From Podarcis vaucheri (Eukaryota), in assembly GCA_965113315.1 (NCBI GenBank), contig OZ220371.1: a stretch of DNA of 64,000 nucleotides, one strand, 5' to 3'. The notes under the pieces were generated by a model, which did not search any database, was not told where the DNA came from, and was given only the letters and a program-made list of their open reading frames with translations. Below are positions 25,015 to 37,023 of the stretch, one piece after another. Position 1 is the stretch's first letter. Each line of letters opens with the position of its first letter. A program made the position numbers and the translations under genes.

Positions 25015-25240
25015 CAGTGGTTCCTCAGGTTAAGAACTTAATTTGTTCTGGAGGTCCGTTCTTAACCTGAAACTGTTCTTAACCTGAAGCACCACTTTAG
25101 CTAATGGGGCTTCCCGCTGCTGCCACGCTGCCACCACACAATTTCTGTTCTCATCCTGAAGCAAAGTTCTTAACCTGAGGTACTATTTCTGGGTTAGCAG
25201 AGTCTGTAACCTGAAGCGTCTGTAAACCGAGGTACCACTG
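25015..25240 (-). mobile_element. Tigger-like MITE, copy B (reverse complement of 22114-22339)
   Basis: TIRs CAGTGGTTCCTCAGGTTA / TAAACCGAGGTACCACTG; TA TSD; same 226-bp length. Confidence 0.88.
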
Positions 25241-27127
25241 TATCTCTGAAAATGGAGAGTTCATTTCAGAATATTCATATTGCAATAGAAAAATCCTAAT
25301 TCTTCTTCAAAAGAAGGGCAGTTGTTTTCCTGTCCTTGCCTTGGAAAACATACAGAACAATTACCCTAAGAATAGATTAACAAAAGAGGGTCTATAAAGT
25401 CAGCAACCAATTCTATGGCAACCTCTCAATGACGCTTTACGCTTAACTATCTAGGATTATTTGAGTTTTCAAATGGATGAGACCAGGCCTGCGATTACTT
25501 AATTCAAGTATGCTTAAGTCCATGAAAGCTGGTTATGAAACTTAAAATTATGTGCTTTGCAAATTCCTATTTTCACCACAATTTTCAAAAATGCATTTTT
25601 TATGTTGCAAGATTTGGCCATTTGGGGGTCTTGTTTGTTTTCACCATTTCTTGTGCTCCCTATAGTATAAGCCATATTTTCTGTCCAGAAGGAAGAGCTC
25701 TTGGGGTCTCCAGAGCTCCCTTCCAAGCAGTTTGTTGGATAGCATGCATGGCCTGAGCCATTACGACACCTTTCTGCTACATTCTTCCTTTATTCCTGGA
25801 CTTGACAAATGTTAGCACAAGAAGCCTGCCTTTCTTCAAGCTATATTTGTTTAAACCACACGTCCATGATTCATTGTACCACACTTTAGCATGAAGATGT
25901 TGGAAGCCTCCTCTAATTAGCACTTAGCTTGGATTATAAAAGGGGTGATTTAAGGTAATTCATGCTCAAAGCTGGAGGCTAGGGGCAGGTTTGCACATTT
26001 GGGTGTGGGCACCACCTACATTTGGGTTTAGGCAATTATGGTTTGAATTCAGTGCAGGTAATGTAACAGACATAAGTTTCTGACCTCTCCTGAAATGCAT
26101 GCTGTACACAAACCCATCAACTGGCAATTATCTTACAGTACTACTTCCGCTGGCAAAAGGGATCATTAGGATTAATTGATGCATCATTTTTGGTCTTAGG
26201 TTATTTTTCTGTTCACTTTTTAGCTGATCCAGACTAGCACCAGGGGATGCGGAGAGGGACAGGAAGCTTCAAGCCATGCCCCCAATATGGATGAGCTAAT
26301 ATTTACTCTTAAAACAAAAAAGCCACTCATTTAGTAATTACATGAATGCCATATTTCATTTGGCTTCAAAACTGAGGAGTGCAATGAATTTTCTTAGGAT
26401 TCATGCAAATGCTAAACTCTGAAGGGTAATCTTTGACAGTCATGGGCATCTTAAACATCAAGGCTCATTCATTAGGCTTGTTCAAAGCTATACTAAGAAC
26501 CCTTTGTTTGTCCCTAATACAAGGACTCAGTTGAAAGGGATCCACTTCCTTTTGTGCTGGATCAACAGTGAGCTAGTTAATGTTTTAGTTTGATGATTAT
26601 TGAAATGAGTGTGGTTTCTGCACATTATTATTGGCTATTGGCCAGATGTAAATTCAGTTTGGCTAGTCAAGAGAGGATTAGCCCATTTTTAGGTTGCCTC
26701 TCCAATAACTTTGAGCTGCTGTACATTCGGCTGGCAGTTGAACAACACAGTGCGTGATATTGTGCTTTAGGAGACCCTGTTCTCCTAGCAAAGCCAAACA
26801 GCTTCTGTAGATGCAGCTGGAAAAGAATCCAGTGGTAAACATTCACTCACTAAATAATCGTTTTGAAATTACTCATACTTAAATTTTCTAAGACAATGTA
26901 TCTAAGGTGCCCGATGTATCTCCCAGTTACCTGGGAGAAAGTTTCACCGAGTCCAGTGGGATTTAACTCTGAATAAGGATTACCCTGTAAATTATTTTTA
27001 ATCATCTACAGATAAATATCCTACAAACATGCACCTGTTGCTGTTGGTTGTTCTAGTCTTCTGTGATCTCATATCCTTTATATCCAAAATGGAGAACCTG
27101 TGGACATCCCCTCCCAGCATCTCTAGC

Positions 27128-27261
27128 CAGGGCTTTTTTCAGCCCGAACTTGCTGGAACGTAGTCTGGCACCTCTCAGGTGGGCACCACTGGCATTATAA
27201 GAGAACAAGGGAGGCATTCATGGTGAGTTCCGGAACCTCTTTATCTAGAAAAATAGCACTG
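27128..27261. mobile_element. hAT MITE nested in an older MITE (~27085-27340)
   Basis: TIRs CAGGGCTTTTTTC / GAAAAATAGCACTG; 8-bp TSD tctctagc/tctctaac. Confidence 0.7.
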
Positions 27262-27417
27262 TCTCTAACCATTGGCTATTGTGGCTGGGCTGATGGGAAT
27301 CCAAGAATATATGGATGGACACAAGTTCCCCACCTTTGCTTTATATTTGCATTAAATGAAAAACGTTACAACCCGGACAGGTTGGCAGGGAATCGCCCTA
27401 CATAATAGATAAGCAAG

Positions 27418-27495
27418 ACGGCTAACCTAAAAGTAATTACATTAAATGTGAGGGGATTGGGAAACCCCATCAAAAGAAAACACATCACCTCATGC
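27418..27495 (+). mobile_element. L1/Tx1-clade ORF2 endonuclease N-terminal fragment
   Basis: Translates as (ACG)ANLKVITLNVRGLGNPIKRKHI, the characteristic start of the APE domain. Confidence 0.6.
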
Positions 27496-28639
27496 AAAAA
27501 ATACCGTAAATGAAAAATGTTCAATTAAACTGTGTGTGTATCTGAAACCCCAGCTTTCATTTTTAACTAATTTGTATAGTGCAGATGCTGGTCTCTCCGT
27601 GAACTCTCCCTTATGTTACAAGATGTCTTGTAAATTCTTTCTTTCTTCCCTTTTTTAGCTGAAATGACAATCTTTTCCACCAGGCCGCAGAGTCTTGGTG
27701 AGCTCAGTCTCACCTGCGGCTGAGAAGCAAGAAGATAAAATGCCATGAGCCGGTGTTTGCAGAGGGTGAGTGACAAAGAGACCATGACGCAAAACTCCTA
27801 TGGTTGTTTAATCAAGATCTCCCTGTTTCATGTAGATTCTTGACATGCTTGTACTCTTTTCAGTTTGTACTGCACGCAATATTACTTCACCCTGTTCACT
27901 TATCTTAAGTGACTTAGACCGAAGTGGGGGAATAGAGAAACGGTAGTTTGAAGAGAGAACAAGAGTTTTGAGAGAGAAGGAGAGGGTTTTCGTTTTAGGC
28001 TGCTGAATATATTTAGCCTTTAGCCCCGATTCAGTTTGAGCCATTGCTTGGAAAGCTTACTTTATTATTTATTTTAAAGGTATTTACATACCAACATATC
28101 AAAAGTTGAAATTGTAGCATGGCTTTTCAGATAGGTAAAATGGTGACTATAATGGCCACAAATCAAACACAGAGTTAAGTGTGAGGAGATATCCTGTATA
28201 CACACACACACAAACACACACACTGTTCCCCAGAAAATTATAGCACCTACTTTCAGGTGTAATGCAGAGGATTACTTTTTTTTTTTTAATCAGTGAGTTT
28301 AGTTAATCTGAACTAGTTTGTTCTATGCACTGGTTTGACCATTGTACAAAGGTTGTGTAGAAGGAAGGAGATGTGTTTTGCTATGTGAAGAAAAGTAGAA
28401 TTCCTAATTGCATCTTCTTCCCAAAGTCCCAAACAATTCACTGGAGTGGTGAAATTGTGCAGACAAGATTGGAAGCCTCTGTCAGCCTCATGAACTTCAT
28501 TCTTAATGAACACTGCATCTCCTTTTCCTTTTAGAAAAGCTACATACATGGGTCCATATGTGGTTGTGTTAGGATGGACAGATGAAAAAGAGGGCAGGGG
28601 TGCCTCACCTTTTAATTGTAATATTTCAGAGCCAAATAC

Positions 28640-28643
<4 letters not shown>

Positions 28644-28690
<47 letters not shown>
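28644..28690. repeat. (GA)n microsatellite
   Basis: Read directly from the sequence. Confidence 0.95.
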
Positions 28691-28695
<5 letters not shown>

Positions 28696-30949
28696 GAATG
28701 TGAGTACCAGGGTCATTGGCAGCTGTACTCAAAGGTATTACTCCATCCTATTTTCCTAGTAAAAGAAAGAGTACTAGCTGTGATACTTAGGCTGGATTCC
28801 TGGGCACTTTTTTCCATCTAAGCAATTGCCTGATTGTGGTGCGGTGCAAATCCAGAGTGCATGTGAATTGCACTCAAAGATCCACCAGGATGGAGGCTGC
28901 TCCTTAAACCACCACTACTCCTGTTTCAGCAGTGTCTACGCAGGAACTCATTATTCATGATTTCATCTTGCTACTTAAAATGTGTAATAGCTCAAAGGTT
29001 CCGTTGATGGATTTCTTCCAGCTCTTTGATGAGCCAAAGATAATTTCTCCATGTTCTCCCCTAACCAGTCCCCACTCCCTGTTTGTTGTTTAATGTTTAC
29101 ACTTGTGCTACATGTCTCTACTAGACTGGAAGATCCCCAGGGCAGGGATCTTATCATATTTGTCTAAGTAGCATGCACACCCATGAAGTGATAGATAGTA
29201 TTTGCAGCTGCAAAGCATGGTGGAAATTGCTACAGCGGAGTAAGCATATATGTTGGCTTTGTGTGTAATACCCCAGACTTTCAGTCCCTGTCAACTGAAT
29301 ACTCCATGGAAGCAAACAGAAATCTCTGCACAGCAATCTGGCACTCAGCAATCTTTTCCCACGTTATTTGATTGACATGGACAGAAAATTGCCTTTCCAA
29401 GCTCTTTGTACCTGCTTCATGTTTCAGAAATCAAGCCCAAGCATAGGAGTAAGGACACCTGACTATATAAAGTGCCTTCACTTTCCCAGTCTTTTACAGC
29501 TTCCTCTTCCCCAGAACACCTTCAACAAAATTATATCTTCTGCAGACCAACATATTTGAGTAACTTACTATTACTACTACCATACACAGCATTTTAATTT
29601 GCAAAGATTACTACTGCTGCTTTTGCCATCCAAGTACATGGCACTTTGCAGTGCAATGTGGGCACAAACAAAAACAGGTTCCTGCCCTTTTACAGTCTTT
29701 GTGTTGAACCCTACAAAGTATATAATTGCCACTTCTATTGTACAGGTGGGGAATTGTGACAGCATGGTTTGCTGAAGGCCACACTACAAACCTCTGATGA
29801 AGTTGGGACTTCAGCCAAGGTCTTCCATGACTAAGACTAATTCCCTCGTTCTCCCCTCTCTAAGCCTAAGGGCAGGGTAGCCAACACAGTGCTGGACTAC
29901 AAGCTCCAGATATTATTGGGCTACAACTCCCATAATCCTCTGACCATTGGTCATCCTGGCTGAGGCTGGCAACATCTGGGAGAGTAGCCATTGGCTACTC
30001 CTGCTTATACCCCTTCTCCATGCATAAGAGGAGCCCTGCTCCACTGGACCTAATATACAACTTTTCATGAGTAAGCAAACAGACCCTTCTCTGAAAATCC
30101 CACACACAGCTTACGGAATGCAATGGTCCTTCCCAGCCGTTTCTCCCCAGTGAGTTGTATTCAGTGGCATGTAGTAACTATAAGAACTTAGGCAAATTTG
30201 GTGTTTCCTCTTCCGCTTCCCCTCCCCCCTTTTCCCTTTTGTGTCTTCTCTTTCAGATTGTAAGCCTGAGGGCAAGGACTGCCCTGTTTCTTATTGATCT
30301 GTAAGCTGCTCTGGGAGCTTTTTTGGCTGAGGTGCAACCGTGTAAATAGATAATAAAGAAACATGAAGGCTCCATGTAGCTATCATAATTAATAGCCAGC
30401 CATTGTTAGACGGGTATCCTTATTCTCTTCAGTGGAGACAATGAACACACCCTTTTCATACCTTGAGCTGCTTCCTCCTTGGATGCAGTTGGTGGGAGAT
30501 GGCAGTGTGCACAGTACTTCTGTAGACCAAAGTGATGCTGATCTACAGTTCACCCAAGAACCAAAGGATACATGAAGATCTTTCCTTTCACGCAGATTGT
30601 CAAGGCCACTTCAACTTCATATTGACATTAGTTGATGCTGGAAGGACCTATTCTGGAGAGTTATTTAACTCTCCACTTCAGATTACCTGAGTCAAAGCAT
30701 TTTTTAAAAAAGGCACAGCAAGTGAGATGTTTCTGCAGTATGGCAGCCCCTCCCCCTCCCTAGATGCCTCTTGTGTATTTAGAGCAGGAGTGGGGAACTT
30801 TTGGTCCTCCAGATGCTGCTGAACTACAACTCCCATCAGCCCCAGCAAGCATGGCCAATGTCCATAGATGATGGAAACTGTAGTTCAGCAACAAAATGAC
30901 AAGCACAAATTCAATCATGACAAGAAAAAAACAGCCTATTGGTCTAGGA

Positions 30950-31120
30950 GGGGTGTATTGGGCATTAGAGGTAGTACCTCCAGTGGGGGAACATGCCAAG
31001 CTCCTTCTTTGGCATTATCCTGCACTCAGCTCTCACCTGTGGCTCCTAGAAGCTGTCAGCATGTGACAGCAGCCACACCCCGGGAAAAAGATTTGACTGG
31101 CTGGCTAAACCAGGTGAGGG
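30950..31120 (+). ncRNA. Candidate HDV-like self-cleaving ribozyme at the element 5' end
   Basis: Hand fold: P1 GGGGTGT/ACACCCC; P2 CTCTCACCTG/CAGGTGAGGG; P3 GGC/GCC; P1.1 CC/GG; J4/2 G-C31105-TAAA. P4 is weak. Confidence 0.5.
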
Positions 31121-32032
31121 TAGCCAATGGATCTCAATCCTTCAGTGAGTTAGGGACTTTCCCTGCCTACAAAGTGAGTTAGGGACTTTCCCCGCCTACA
31201 AAGACAGGCTGCAGCATATTGAGGGGATGAGAGCAATAGTGTGTCCAACAGGGAAGAAGGCAGTTTCTCACTAGCATAGCTGGGGGGACGGGGTGCACTG
31301 GGCGGCCACTTACTGCAGGGGCGGCACTTACCACGGGGGGCCTGCAGTGTGCCCAAGCCACGCGTCTCTCCTGGGAGTAAATCAGTGGCTTGGGTGCCTG
31401 TAGGCACCATGCCACCCAAAAAGGTGATGGGGGCTCGCGTCCGCCTGCCACCTTCCTCTTAGCAGCTCCCCAGCTGAGGGGGAGGCGGCGGGCAGCTGTG
31501 AGCTCCACACCACCTTTTTGGGTGGTGTGGCCTCCATGCAGACTCTGCCCTGGCTCACCCCACCCCATGGGCTTCTCACCCTGTCCCCATCCCTGGGCGG
31601 CTAGCTACGCTGCTGAGTTTCTCCATGTGCTTAGAGGGAAATGAGGGCCAGATGGGGCTCATCAACCTAGGAAGGTAGCCCACCTAGGAGAAGGAGAACT
31701 CTGATCCTAAACCTCCACTGCCTTGCAGGATATCTTCGGGAGAAGAAAGGGGGTAAGGAGTAAACCCTACACAAATCCCCAAGACAGTCAGATGGTGCCT
31801 TGAAGGCCTTCTCCTGGCAACTCCTGCAGCCAAGCTGGTGCCAAATGTATTGCTCTGCTTTCCTTTGGACCACATCAACAAGGCGGTTGTCTGGGCAGCC
31901 CAAGACCTCCATACACACTGCCCAGCCTTGTGCTCCAGGCAGGTCACTTCGGTGCTGCTAGTGCAGCAGTATGACTTCAGCCCCGGAGGTATACTTCATT
32001 GTCTCTCAAGACAGATGGATGCCCACAAAATA
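30950..32032 (+). mobile_element. Non-autonomous, internally deleted RTE-like non-LTR element
   Basis: Flanked by direct repeat GTCTAGGAG (30942-30950, 32033-32041). GC-rich and non-coding. Contains an RTE-5'UTR-like block (CTAGGAGAAGGAGAACTCTGATCCTAAACC) and an RTE-like 3' end (CATTGTCTCTCAAGACAGATGGATGCC plus a CA/A-rich tail). Confidence 0.65.
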
Positions 32033-32974
32033 GTCTAGGAGCCCTGTCCCCCCCCCAAAAAAAGTTAAAAACTGACATTGCTGCCCTACAGCTTGTTTGG
32101 TAAACCACTGTATTGGAGTTGGCTGAGCCTGTGCCAGCAGCAGTAGATGTTTAGAAGGGATCCCTTGCCTGGACTGTCCCTGGCCAAAAAGACTTGAAGA
32201 TTGTGGTTTCCATCCAGATGATGCACATCTGTGCTAATCACTTTTAAATCACTTTCTCAATGCCAACAGGGTTGATTTTTCCAGCCCTGCATACAGCATA
32301 TATTTCACGAATAATTGGCTGCTCAGGGTAAAGTTGGATGAGTTTGAAGCAGCAAGAGAGAGAGATTGGCATTAATTGCTTTGTGGTGTTCGCTCATACA
32401 CTTGTTCCCTCCAGTGCAGGTTACAACAGAGCCTCCGCTTTCTCGCATTTGTTCTTTTTGCTGCCTCAGCTACCTTTGGTAATGAACTACGAGATAGATG
32501 GCCTTTAAGAGCACATGCAACAATAAAACATAAAAACCCCACTGCCAACATAATCTAATAAGCTTTCTAATTTGCTCAGGTTGAAGAGCTTCACAGATGT
32601 TGGGAATTTAATAAAATCTATCTTGCTTCTGCATCTTTGCCAACAGCTGAATCCTTCTGGAGTTTTTACTGCTGCAGAAACAGGTCTAAAGCAGTACATG
32701 GAAAGTAAGGATCCCACTAATGGGCTACTACTAAAGGTGCAGCTCATGAGAAGTGGGCTGTAGAAAGAAGGGAGATCAGTCTCATAAGAGAAGAAAGTAA
32801 CCAGCTGATTGTCAGGGCTTGTAAAGCACCATGCCTGCATACGTTTCTTTCAAACCAGATGGGTGAAAATGGGCCACTTGATGTCAGGTGATTGATAGGT
32901 GTCAAACCAGGTGTGCAGGGGAGGTAAGACTCGAGCCTACCAGCTGAATCCAGTTTCAAAATCCTGGGGTAGAT

Positions 32975-33097
32975 CAGGGTTTCCCAAACTCCAGCTGTTG
33001 TTGGAGTACAACTCTCATCATCTAGCAGGTCCAGCAATCAAGGATGGTGGGGATTGTAGTCGAAAAGCAGCTGGAGACCCAAGTTTGGGAAAGCCTA
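32975..33097. mobile_element. hAT MITE
   Basis: CAGGGTTTCCCAAACT / AGTTTGGGAAAGCCTA termini; palindromic body. Confidence 0.65.
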
Positions 33098-36000
33098 GTA
33101 TAGGTGAAATCAAGCTGGAGCAGTGCGACTCAGTAAAAAGCAGCTCCCTATGCTACTCTCTTACTTCCTTACACCTGACTTTCTAACTTCCTTGCCTGCT
33201 CCCCCCCCTTACTATAGATTAGAAGGTGACCTGTACTACTGTGAGTACAACTCACAGAATCTGCCTGACTCCCAGTTGGACTTGGTTAATAGATCTTACT
33301 AATGAAATAATCTTAAGCAGCCAAGCCATGTGTCCCCAGTTGGATTCAGAAATACAGGACCATCTGCTGAGGTCCTGAAACAGCATTTTCTGGCGTAAGC
33401 CAAGACTCCAAGACAACTGCAAAGCATTTAAAAGCCAGCAGTAAAACAAGATCGAAAAGGAAGGCTGCATGTATCAAACAAGAAGAGCAACTAAGAGTGG
33501 GCTAGAGGAGGAAAGAAGGAGGTGTTTAAGATCTAGACACGAAAGGGCTGTGGCAAAACCAGGCAGTTACCCTGCCCTTCCTGTGCACATCTTATTTGGG
33601 TTAGGAGGAGGAGGAGTGTTTGCTGCAATGGGCAGCTCAGTAGTGATTCAATTGCAAAGGCTGGTGGATCCTCTTCCATTTTTGTTGCTGCTGTTTTGGC
33701 AAAAGGTTCTTGTTTACTTCTTCTTCATTTTACTTTATTTTACTTCTGGGATGGGAATTCACATAGTGCTGCGCACGCCATTTAATAGTGAATCCTCTTG
33801 CCCCTGACTAGATCAAGGATGAATCACTAGATTAAGCTGTCATATATTTTTTTTGGTCCCTTAGTACCTGAGGTTTTCAGCAAGCTTGGACAAGATGACC
33901 CTTTGAGTCCCTTACGACTCTGAAATTCTGCTATTCTAAGTGTATTTCCCTCCTTTGGATTTCCTGCTTGGAGACCAGTTTTTGAGAGCCCTTTCCTAAG
34001 ACTAACCCTTGTCCTGGCTGTTTACGTAATCCATGGCGTATGGACACTGCAGTTGAGCATAGTGGTTGCTGGTATCCCACCCTCTCCATTAATGCCTGTA
34101 TTCATTAGCAAGAGAGCTAGCTTTCAGTGGTAATTTGGGCAATATTCTCAGCAACTTGTCACTCTACGTAAGTCTGGAGGGCTTCTTAAACCTTTCAGCC
34201 GCCGCCGTCTTGGCGAGTCACAATGACCCTTTTCTGCAAAGCTTCAAACACCTGCATCTTATGAAAGAATACATTGTGTCCTCAAGTGGGGAGACAGCCC
34301 ATGTAGTGTCTGGTGCCTCCCCAGCAAAGGAGGGGAGAGGGTGTCTTCCCATTGATTCATCCCACTCCCCCACCATTGCATAGGGGCCTTGCCATTTCCG
34401 CTCATCTGCAACCAGCTCCGGGCTTTTCTCTGGATTTATTAACGGGATATGCATGATGTGCCCATGTCTTTAAAGGTTGCTTTAAGTGTTGCTCTGAGAA
34501 AATCCCCGAGAATGAAATGGTTCATTTTTCTCCCATTGTTGCTATAAAACAAAACGGGTCATGAGTTCAGAACGTTATAACAGGCAAACGCTAAACCTGA
34601 CATCTGCTAAAAAAAATACACAATGATAGCCGGAAAATAACATGGATTCTTTTATATACTTTTGGAAGCAAACCTTTGTTACGCCTTTCACTGTGATGGT
34701 TTCTTTCCTTCGTGCTTATTCAGACACAATGTGATTCTAAATTGCATTCCGCGTAAGAAGTGCTGTATTTATTTAGTCTAATGTGTAATGAAAAAATTAT
34801 TTCATAGGCTACGTGCACAGATTTTATTTTAGAATAAGTGTAGCCTGAGCACTCCCCCCCTCTCATGTAGTCAACATGCTCTAGATCTGTTGCATTTATT
34901 TTTTTTTTTTTGTCTCTGAAAAGAGCTTATTGAGAAACTGGTTTCACTGCAAAAACAAAAGTGCATTTCAGATTAATTCTGCATCGCCCTGCAGTGCATC
35001 CATTTGAAAACAGACGTAGGCAGTCCAAGCTACAGATCCACACCTGCTCAATGATGTTGTGGGCAGGCCTATACCAAGATCCCAATCTCCTCTTCATTCA
35101 TGCAACTGGGGCATATGAAGAGAGGAAAAGACATGGCTAGCCTAATCAAGGGTTTTCAAATGAATATCAGGTAACCACATCCACCCTTGTGGATGACAGG
35201 ATCTAGACTCAATCCAGATTAAAAGCAGGATGTTTGTGGACAAGCAAGAATGATTCTAGATTGAGAAAATCTACATTTTTTGTACTTCAAATAGGTCTCA
35301 CACAGCCATAGACACCTCATCCCCAAAGCTCCAGAACTTTACCTTCCTCATTGTTGCTCTTAAGGCTGTATGCACATAGTTTGAATGGAGAGGCACCATT
35401 TTAGCTGCACGTTTATAAATGTGACTTTTTAAAATGTTAGAATGTAAAGCTTTGTATTTGATAAGGATCTGACAGATGACTGCAGCTATATCAGGAGTAG
35501 TTGTTGTGAAGTGATTTAAGGTAGTCATTATTCCTTTTCTACCTAGTCTATATTTATGCCCAGTGCCTAATTAGTAATCTAGACAAATGGTGAAGTGATT
35601 CAACGTCTTATCTTCAGTAATTACATAAGAGAAGATGGAGTTCTCCTATACAATCTCCATCGGTTCCATATCTGTTAATGGTTTGATGGAATAATAGCCC
35701 ATGCGTGAGTCAGAGGACTGTCCCATTTGGCACACCTCTTTCTACACCTGCTGCCCTTGTTGGAACAGAGGGAGCTGTCTACATCCAGCGCTAGCTTTTT
35801 CTGTTTGTCTAGCTTGACATCATATTCTTCCCAGCAGTGTTATCGCAATGCTATGTGTGCAATTGCTTCATTAACACTTCGCCTGTTTGTCAGCCTAGGG
35901 TAGATCCACGCTGTACATTTAAAGCACATTCAACACATATTTAAAGCACATGGCTTCCCCCAAAGAGAATTCTGGGCACTGTAGTCTCATCCTCATGGAG

Positions 36001-36961
36001 CTACAGTTCCCAGCATTCTTAACAAACTAAGCTTGTGGAAGTGTTGTGCGTATTGGGGACTGAGTAACATCAGTGATTCATTCACCTGCCCATCATATGC
36101 CATCATTTGTATGCAGTGCCCTTCTGTTTTCTACAAGGGTCAAACAGACCAGATGCAAGAAAATTAATGCAATGTGATCTGGCATCAGAAATAGCAATAT
36201 TCATAAACCAGTAGGAGAACATTTTGATCTACTAGGACACTGCTACTGATCTTAAGGTGGTTACACCTGAATAAAGGGATTTTGGATTTTGCTATGACAG
36301 ACTAATATCTGGAAATCAGGTAAGTGAGTTGGCAATGCATGAGATGATAAAGAGAGATTATCTGGAATGCTCAGATTAGTTTGGGAAACAGATGGTTTGC
36401 TATCTTGAGCCTGTCACTATGGGTGTTTCCAGACTGTCACTAGTTCCAGGTGACAGAACTAATTACATACCGGCCAATTTCAGGATGCACAGTTAAAGCC
36501 GATTTGGAACTCTTGCACAAGGAACCTGTTTCCCCCACAGAGCAGACTTTTGCGATAAGGAAAGTGATGGGGGAAGTCCAGTGGAAGTGCAACATATTCT
36601 AGCCTCCCTGCAAACAAATCGGAAGGAATGCTCATTCAGTAGCGCATCTTTTATGGATGCTCAATAAACAGGTCACCTGGAAGACACTGAAGAAGCAGTT
36701 GAAATAACCTGCCACTTTCAGATCAGCAAAAGGATGGAATATAGCCTAAACAAATGTTTTTGGAAAGCATTTTCTTGGACTCTTGGACTAGTTATACAAA
36801 ATTCACACCCCTACCAGTATACGGTTAGCTAACTTACAAGACTACTCACACACCAGACAAACAGAGCTCTACCCTTGAAAGTTTATGCTGCAATGAATGA
36901 TAACCTTCAAGTCTCTTCTATTTAATAGAAATGAACAAGGAATAAGTGTCTGGCCACATAC

Positions 36962-36966
36962 TTCCT

Positions 36967-37022
<56 letters not shown>

Positions 37023-37023
37023 T
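36962..37023. repeat. (CTTT)n microsatellite
   Basis: Read directly from the sequence. Confidence 0.95.

Noticed and set aside
31025-31125. Twister ribozyme reading of ..UAAA-CCAGGU-GAGGG..
   Set aside because: It lacks the UAA cleavage loop and the loop-4 pseudoknot residues. The HDV-like topology fits better and matches the element boundary.
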